A stretch of DNA of 64,000 nt. Origin: Nanobdellota archaeon. GTDB taxonomy: Archaea > Nanobdellota > Nanobdellia > Pacearchaeales > GW2011-AR1. Positions 63,906 through 64,000 of this stretch are shown piece after piece. Below the pieces are notes generated by a model. That model ran no database searches, was not told the DNA's origin, and was given only the letters and a program-made list of their open reading frames with translations. The translations under genes and the position numbers were made by a program. The stretch lies in assembly GCA_020430505.1 (NCBI GenBank), contig JAGQJT010000002.1:27343-91342 (forward strand), written 5' to 3'. Within the stretch, counting starts at the first letter, position 1. Each line of letters begins with the position of its first letter.

Positions 63906-64000
63906 ATGGATATACCGACAGACATACAACATCAACAAATGGGGTATGATAGAACAGCTACAATGTTCACCCCTGAAGGGCATTTACTTCAAGTTGAATA
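63906..64000 (+). CDS. psmA: Proteasome alpha subunit (5' partial, runs off the window)
   Basis: MDIPTDIQHQQMGYDRTATMFTPEGHLLQVE matches the alpha-subunit N-terminus YDR-x-x-T-x-F-S/TPEG-x-L-x-QVEYA. Confidence 0.75.
   Translation, partial: MDIPTDIQHQQMGYDRTATMFTPEGHLLQVE

Noticed and set aside
1-64000. CRISPR arrays, transposases, integrases or prophage boundaries
   Set aside because: No regularly spaced direct repeats were seen in any intergenic region. No DDE-transposase, tyrosine- or serine-recombinase motifs were seen in any ORF. No duplicated att-like sequence flanks the tRNA-Leu 3' end.
1-64000. Bacterial (CPR or Bacteroidota) origin of the contig, prompted by the T9SS-type tail and short Adk
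   Set aside because: Proteasome alpha and beta, aCPSF1 with KH domains, aRNase J, Pop5, archease, class-I CCA enzyme, PSH and pervasive class-III signal peptides mark the backbone as archaeal. The T9SS-like tail is better explained as an acquired module.

Overview
This is an AT-rich (about 30-33% GC), densely coding, mostly operonic chromosomal segment that I judge to be archaeal. The archaeal markers are proteasome beta and alpha subunits, a KH+beta-CASP aCPSF1/FttA-type nuclease, aRNase J, RNase P Pop5, archease with RtcB, a class-I CCA-adding enzyme, Mre11/Rad50, a presenilin-like intramembrane protease, and many class-III (type IV pilin-like) signal peptides. The small proteins, many surface proteins and absence of biosynthetic genes suggest a small-genome, possibly DPANN-like, episymbiont; that placement is inference only.

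Main contents, all read from the sequence itself:
- Housekeeping: argS, adk, trxB, one tRNA-Leu(UAA), and a GC-rich island I read as SRP (7S) RNA.
- Copper: a five-gene overlapping copper-homeostasis operon (Met/Gly-rich membrane protein, cupredoxin-like protein, 53-aa peptide, CopZ, CopA).
- HEPN modules: a canonical MNT-HEPN pair translationally coupled to trxB, and a second, uncharacterised two-gene HEPN module next to the SRP RNA.
- Pilus: an ~8 kb archaeal type IV pilus-like locus with five tandem pilin-like genes, a FlaI/PilB-family ATPase, a split FlaJ/TadBC-like platform and two more pilin-like genes.
- RNA repair: archease, an inserted Tat-motif protein, then RtcB.
- Surface proteins: several giant secreted or anchored proteins carrying dockerin-like, PKD, beta-propeller-like and Ig-like repeats, a bacterial-style T9SS-type C-terminal tail, and CGDG-type cysteine-rich repeats.
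- Other: two ABC systems; a GTPase / hypothetical / pilin-like / Zn-ribbon / cca neighbourhood; a TrmB regulator; an OFOR alpha/beta pair split by an MNT-like insert; MgtC/DUF4010; a Mtq2/HemK-like methylase.

I saw no CRISPR array, transposase or integrase. Many ORF-track starts are TTG/GTG read-throughs; I give downstream ATG starts that yield signal peptides or a sensible context, and note where a GTG start is the only in-frame option. Several gene junctions use a 1-nt TAATG or 4-nt ATGA overlap.
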